From NCBI GenBank assembly GCA_001662655.1, contig KV460234.1: a stretch of 64,000 bases of DNA; one strand, 5' to 3'. The DNA is from Pseudogymnoascus verrucosus. Its lineage: Eukaryota. The translations under genes were made by a program, and so were the position numbers. The notes beneath the pieces are model-generated. The model saw only the letters and a list, made by a program, of their open reading frames with translations, ran no database searches and was not told the DNA's origin. Positions 59,436-64,000 of this stretch are shown here, piece after piece (within the stretch, counting starts at the first letter, position 1; every line of letters starts with the position of its first letter).

Positions 59436-61541
59436 CTATTTACGGGATCTCTTCTTAATCAAATCTGCCGCCTTCTCAGCAACAGCGTACATCGTCGCAC
59501 AGGTGTGCGTTGACGGGATCATGGGGATAAGACTGATATCTCCAATGCTCAATCCAGTAACTCCGTAGACTAGTAGCTCTGGGCTGACAACACCCGCCAA
59601 GTGGCGAGGCGCCATCGCTGCGGATCCAGAACTATGGGCAGTCGTAGAGCCCATGGACCTGACAACATACGCCGCGAGATCCGCATCAGACGTGATGTTT
59701 ACGCCTGGTGACGTCTCCGATGGTGACAGCTGCTTCATCGCCTCAGTGGCGAACCACTTGCGGGCAAACTTGAGCGACTCGACCATGATGTCAGTGTCGG
59801 TTGGGTTGATGAGGGTGTTGAAGTCGACAATCGGCTCGGCGTAGTGGTCCGTCGTGTTCAGGCGCACGGTTCCGCGGCTCAGGGGCTTCTCATTGCTTAG
59901 TGAGGAGGTACCACCGCCAGAGAAGGTGATTTCAACAACGCCGTTGTTGCGCTTGCTAAAGGTCTTGAGGAGGAGATCACGCTGCGCGACGAAACCTTTG
60001 ACGTTCACAGACGTGTAGGTAGAGGGCAGCAGCTTGGCAGCGTTCTGGACCTGCGCTTTGGCAATGATGGACTTGTAGTTGGGGCTCATCTGTGGGAGGG
60101 AAGGGACAGAGAGAGAGTTCCCAACGCCAACTGAGAGGGGACCCTTACGGTCGAGCCATTGCTCAGCAGCCCATGCTGCGAAGGTCGCATTTGTATAAAG
60201 CGAGCTAGGATTCGGACTGAGATCCGTCGCATCTGCATGGTGTTAGGATCAAGGTCAGAGAGGCCAATCCAGGAGTAACTTACAGCTGTAGCCGATGCTC
60301 GTCACGGCGTGATCTTGGAGGTTTGCTCCTACACCTGGCAGATCGACAATCAGCTTGATGCCAGCTTCATCCAGGAGGTCCTTCGGCCCGAGGCCACTAC
60401 GCTGAAGCACCTGTGGGGTGTGCAACCAGCCGGCACAGAGGACAATCTCCTGCTTTGCCTTGACGGAGATGGTAGGCGCGCCATTTGGGGTGCCTCTTTC
60501 TTGAATCGTGATTGACTCTGCATGCTTTTTGGCACTGAAGAGAACCTCGTTGGTCCTGTATCCAGTGATGATCTTCAGGTTCTTTCTGCTGGCCACAGGG
60601 TCGTAGTATCCGCTTCGCGCGTATGAGCGGCGATAAGTCTGATCGTTGTTGGTTGGTACCCAGAACGCGCCATAAGCATCTCCCGCCGCAGCTTCCTTTT
60701 GGATCGGGACGCCAAGTTCAGCCCATGCTTTCCACTGGACCTCTGCGAAGAGTTAGAATATGTCGTATATTATGAGTTAGGAGAGGCCTAACTAATAGTA
60801 GGCCACAGCCAGTCTGGGAAGGTGGCTTGGATAGGACCATTTGTGCCGTAAGCTTTCTTGGCATCCCAAGTGATACCGTACTCCTCAGCTAGGTCCGCAC
60901 GCGGGGCGGTGAAGTTCGTGCTCTACAAGAATTAGCATTTATTAAATCACATCCGCACCCCCGCGGTGGCAATAATAGTTAACTCACCTTCTTAAAGTAA
61001 GGTAGCAGGCCAGAAAATCCCCATCCAGGGTTCCCTAGCTTCTCCCAGTTGTCGTAGTCGTCGGCAGCACCACGATCAAACATCATTCCGTTCACAGTAG
61101 AGCCACCTCCAACAACGGAAGCGGCGAACGCCCCAGAAACACGTCCGCCAAGTCCAGGCTGTGGCACAGACGAGACGTTGAACATGTTGATCGGACGGTA
61201 GTTTACCGCGCTTGACGGGTCCAGCTGGGCCGGGTTGTTGTCGAAGTATCCATATTCGACCACCAGAACGGACTCTACAAGAAAGTGATAAGCAACCGAG
61301 CAAGGGATATGCCTTTCCAAGTTCAACTATGCTTACTGGATGGATCCTCGCTCAAACGGTTGGCAATCACAAGTCCGCTCTGCCCTCCACCAACAATCAC
61401 ATAATCATAACTAGCTTGAAGCTGTTCCGCGTTGACCTCGCGGTCGCGTAGAGCTAAAAGAGTGCTTGGATACGCGTTTACCACTCCTGAGAGCGCCAGC
61501 AGTGGGGTAAGACCCAGTAAAGGGGCTTTGAGCCAAGCCAT
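59436..61541 (-). CDS. Secreted GMC oxidoreductase (AA3)
   Basis: Signal peptide, YDYVIVGGGQSG, VGGGSTVNGM, TPQVLQRSG, GVGANLQDH, PLSRG, VYGVTGL, AEKAAD. Multi-exon. Confidence 0.93.
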
Positions 61542-62359
61542 TGTGAATTACAGAGAGAAATACTTCGACTGGGGAGACGAGGCAAAGCTAAGGACGAGCT
61601 TGGATGAGAAAGAAGTGAGCGGAGAAGACGGACACCTGCCTTCTTGTACTTCATGAAATCAAATTTCCAATCATCCCAACTACCGTAAGCAGCTAATGCC
61701 GAGCGGGGAAGCTCCTATACCTTCATATAGCCTCCAATGGCAAATGGCATTATGGTCGCCGGCATAGGAACGAGGCTAAAGCTCATGGCTAACCGGACAA
61801 GGGGACTGGGAGAAGTTTGTAATATACTCGTAAGTGCAAACAAAGCATCGAGGTATGTCGTGATTGGCGCCCACAGATAGCGTCCGTACCTGCTTCTCAC
61901 CGGGCGTTTGTCGGCGCGCGAGGATAATCTAAGATTACAGTCTTAGGCGGATTATTTTCCCGGCTGGGCGTTCTAGTTAAAATCGAACACGAGAAGTCCT
62001 GGTTGGTAAGTGCTCGGAGCCGGTGTTGTAGCATAAAGTAACGCGGACTTAGCTGCAGGATCACTCTTGGTCTAGACGCTTGGATGGATCCTTTCCATCG
62101 AGTGTTACAGATACATTCACATACGAGCACTATAAGAAACGTGCGCAGAACGTGGCAATGGTGAAGATCTGCATCCATTGCGGGGTGAATAGGGGAGATA
62201 GAACTGTACTGGGAAATATCCGACGATATTTGGATTGCGTAGAGAAATAGGCTGTTCTGTACCGTACAATTCAAACATATTGTCGTTGAGAAATAAAGTA
62301 AACAAGCATACTTCGTGGCGGCGGCGGCGCGATAACAAGATTTGCCCCACATGTTGGTC

Positions 62360-62397
62360 AATCACGTGTGTATGTCACGTGATACATCCACGTGATT
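62360..62397. promoter_or_regulatory. Three phased CACGTG E-boxes
   Basis: CACGTG at 62363, 62376 and 62389 (13-bp period); outer arms AATCACGTG...CACGTGATT are inverted. Confidence 0.6.
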
Positions 62398-62413
62398 ACT
62401 AACTTCGCCTCAC

Positions 62414-62586
62414 AGAATATTCTAGCATCACCGACATCATTCCAGCGCCTTCACCATCGTCCACTACGATTACCACCCAACCTTCGAGAAAGACGACGAT
62501 GCCTCTAGAATGACTTATCAGCATGTTGCGTACCACTTCTCGTAAGTAATAGAATATTCTCGCAAACGTAAGTTAAGTCTATATAA
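62414..62586 (+). promoter_or_regulatory. Heat-shock elements and TATA box of the small HSP gene
   Basis: AGAATATTCT at 62414 and 62551, TTCgaGAA at 62483 (nGAAn inverted units), TATATAA at 62580. Confidence 0.7.
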
Positions 62587-62731
62587 CCATCGTGAACACA
62601 CCGAGTAAGTGCTTTTCTTTCTTCATCAAAACACAATCATCCATCAAGATCTTCATACAATCTCGAACAATCCAACAAGCCCTCAGCGAATTCCTCTTAC
62701 CAACATTATCACTCCAACACAAACACGCAAA

Positions 62732-63364
62732 ATGTCTTTCCACCCACACGCATTCTTCTCCTCCCCATCCCAGTCCGCCTCCTCATTCACTCCTCTCTTC
62801 CGCCTCCTCGACGACTTCGACACCTACTCGCGCCACACACCTCGCCAATGCGCACGTGCTGAGAAGACCTTCGTCCCAAAGTTTGACGTCAAGGAGCTCC
62901 CAGCCCACTTTGAGCTGCACGGCGAGCTCGCGGGCATCAATCAACGCGATGTCACCATCGAGTTCACGGACCCACAGACACTGAGCATCCGCGGACGCTC
63001 TGAGCGCTCCTACACCGCCGGCACTCCACCTGCCGCCATCGAGGCCGATACCCCAACACCTGCCATCAGCGAGGACGGCGCCACCACGCCAAAGAGCGAT
63101 CACCAGCCTACAGTTGAAGATGAGGACACACCAACCACCACCGTCGCAGCCCCTGAGGCAGTTCAGCCAGAGAAGCCGCAGAAGAAGGAGCCTGAAGAGC
63201 GCTTCTGGGTCTCGGAGCGAAGCATCGGCTCGTTTGCGCGCTCCTTCACTTTCCCGGGACGCATTGACCAGGATGGGGTTACTGCATCGATGAAGGATGG
63301 GATCTTGAGCGTTGTGGTTCCCAAGGCGAAGAAGCATGAGAGCCGCAAGATTGAGATCATGTAA
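62732..63364 (+). CDS. hsp30: Small heat-shock protein (HSP20/alpha-crystallin; fungal Hsp30 type)
   Basis: SFTPLFRLLDDFD, PKFDVKE, ELAGI, LSIRGRSER, WVSERSIGSFARSFTFP, DGILSVVVPK and C-terminal IEI motif. Confidence 0.92.
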   Translation: MSFHPHAFFSSPSQSASSFTPLFRLLDDFDTYSRHTPRQCARAEKTFVPKFDVKELPAHFELHGELAGINQRDVTIEFTDPQTLSIRGRSERSYTAGTPPAAIEADTPTPAISEDGATTPKSDHQPTVEDEDTPTTTVAAPEAVQPEKPQKKEPEERFWVSERSIGSFARSFTFPGRIDQDGVTASMKDGILSVVVPKAKKHESRKIEIM

Positions 63365-64000
63365 ATGACTTGCGAGGAAACTTTACTGAGTCTATTCTGC
63401 ATCGAGATGGGAGTTGGAAGGAGTTTTTAGTTCAAGCGAGAGGTTTACTTTGAAGCAAACAATGACGCTTTTACAGTTCTGCTTTAGTTGTACTCTACCA
63501 AATCAAATAATACAAATCAATCCAATAAATCCAATAAATCCAATACATTAGTGCAAACCCAACATAAATTTGCTTTGAATGTGACGGCATCTCATTGTGA
63601 TTATTATCGTGAACTCAGTAATATAATTTACTTCTAGATTTAATAAATAATATTAATACATCAAAACCTCCCCAAAAATAAAAGCCGGATCCATATTAGA
63701 GTTTCTTTCTCCGGAATATATTCTAATCAATTAATGACACCTTGTCGGATACTTTAACTGACGAGGCATGACCACACGAGACTCTGACCACACCTAGTGT
63801 TGAGAAGCCAGTGCATCTTGGCGGGGTATTTCACCCGTTTTACCTCCGTCCTCTCCGTCACATCTCACAAAACATCCATAATTTTAGACGACGCAAGCTA
63901 ACGCACACTCACAAGCTACCCTAATCATTTATCCCATCATAAATACTGTTTGGAGATTCAGTCCAAAAACGGCGACCGGCTTCCGCTCGTCCGTTGGCGG

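Overview
This is intron-containing filamentous ascomycete DNA (GT/GC-AG introns, CTRAY branch points, Zn2Cys6 factor, DUF3328, HeLo); the species cannot be fixed from sequence alone. About 28 genes are readable. In order: the 3' end of a LIM/paxillin-like gene; a divergent pair of a DUF3328/UstYa-type oxidase and a secreted, Kex2-site-punctuated, Tyr-periodic (YxxY) repeat protein (candidate RiPP locus); GPI-anchored and PAN/apple secreted proteins; a broken pectate lyase; tandem diverged V-ATPase c and c' proteolipids; two tail-to-tail GPCR-like genes; a broken APH-like kinase; a P450/FAD-oxidoreductase/SDR/laccase group; a head-to-head pair of an active-looking kinase-ankyrin protein and a HeLo-pseudokinase (MLKL-like architecture, candidate cell-death/immunity module); a Zn2Cys6/ICL-PEP mutase/MFS catabolic trio; carboxylesterase, RKI1, Pof10-like F-box, GMC oxidoreductase and a small heat-shock protein. 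Several accessory genes carry frameshift or stop lesions. No rRNA, tRNA, CRISPR or intact transposon was seen. Family assignments come from motif recognition by eye, not from database searches.
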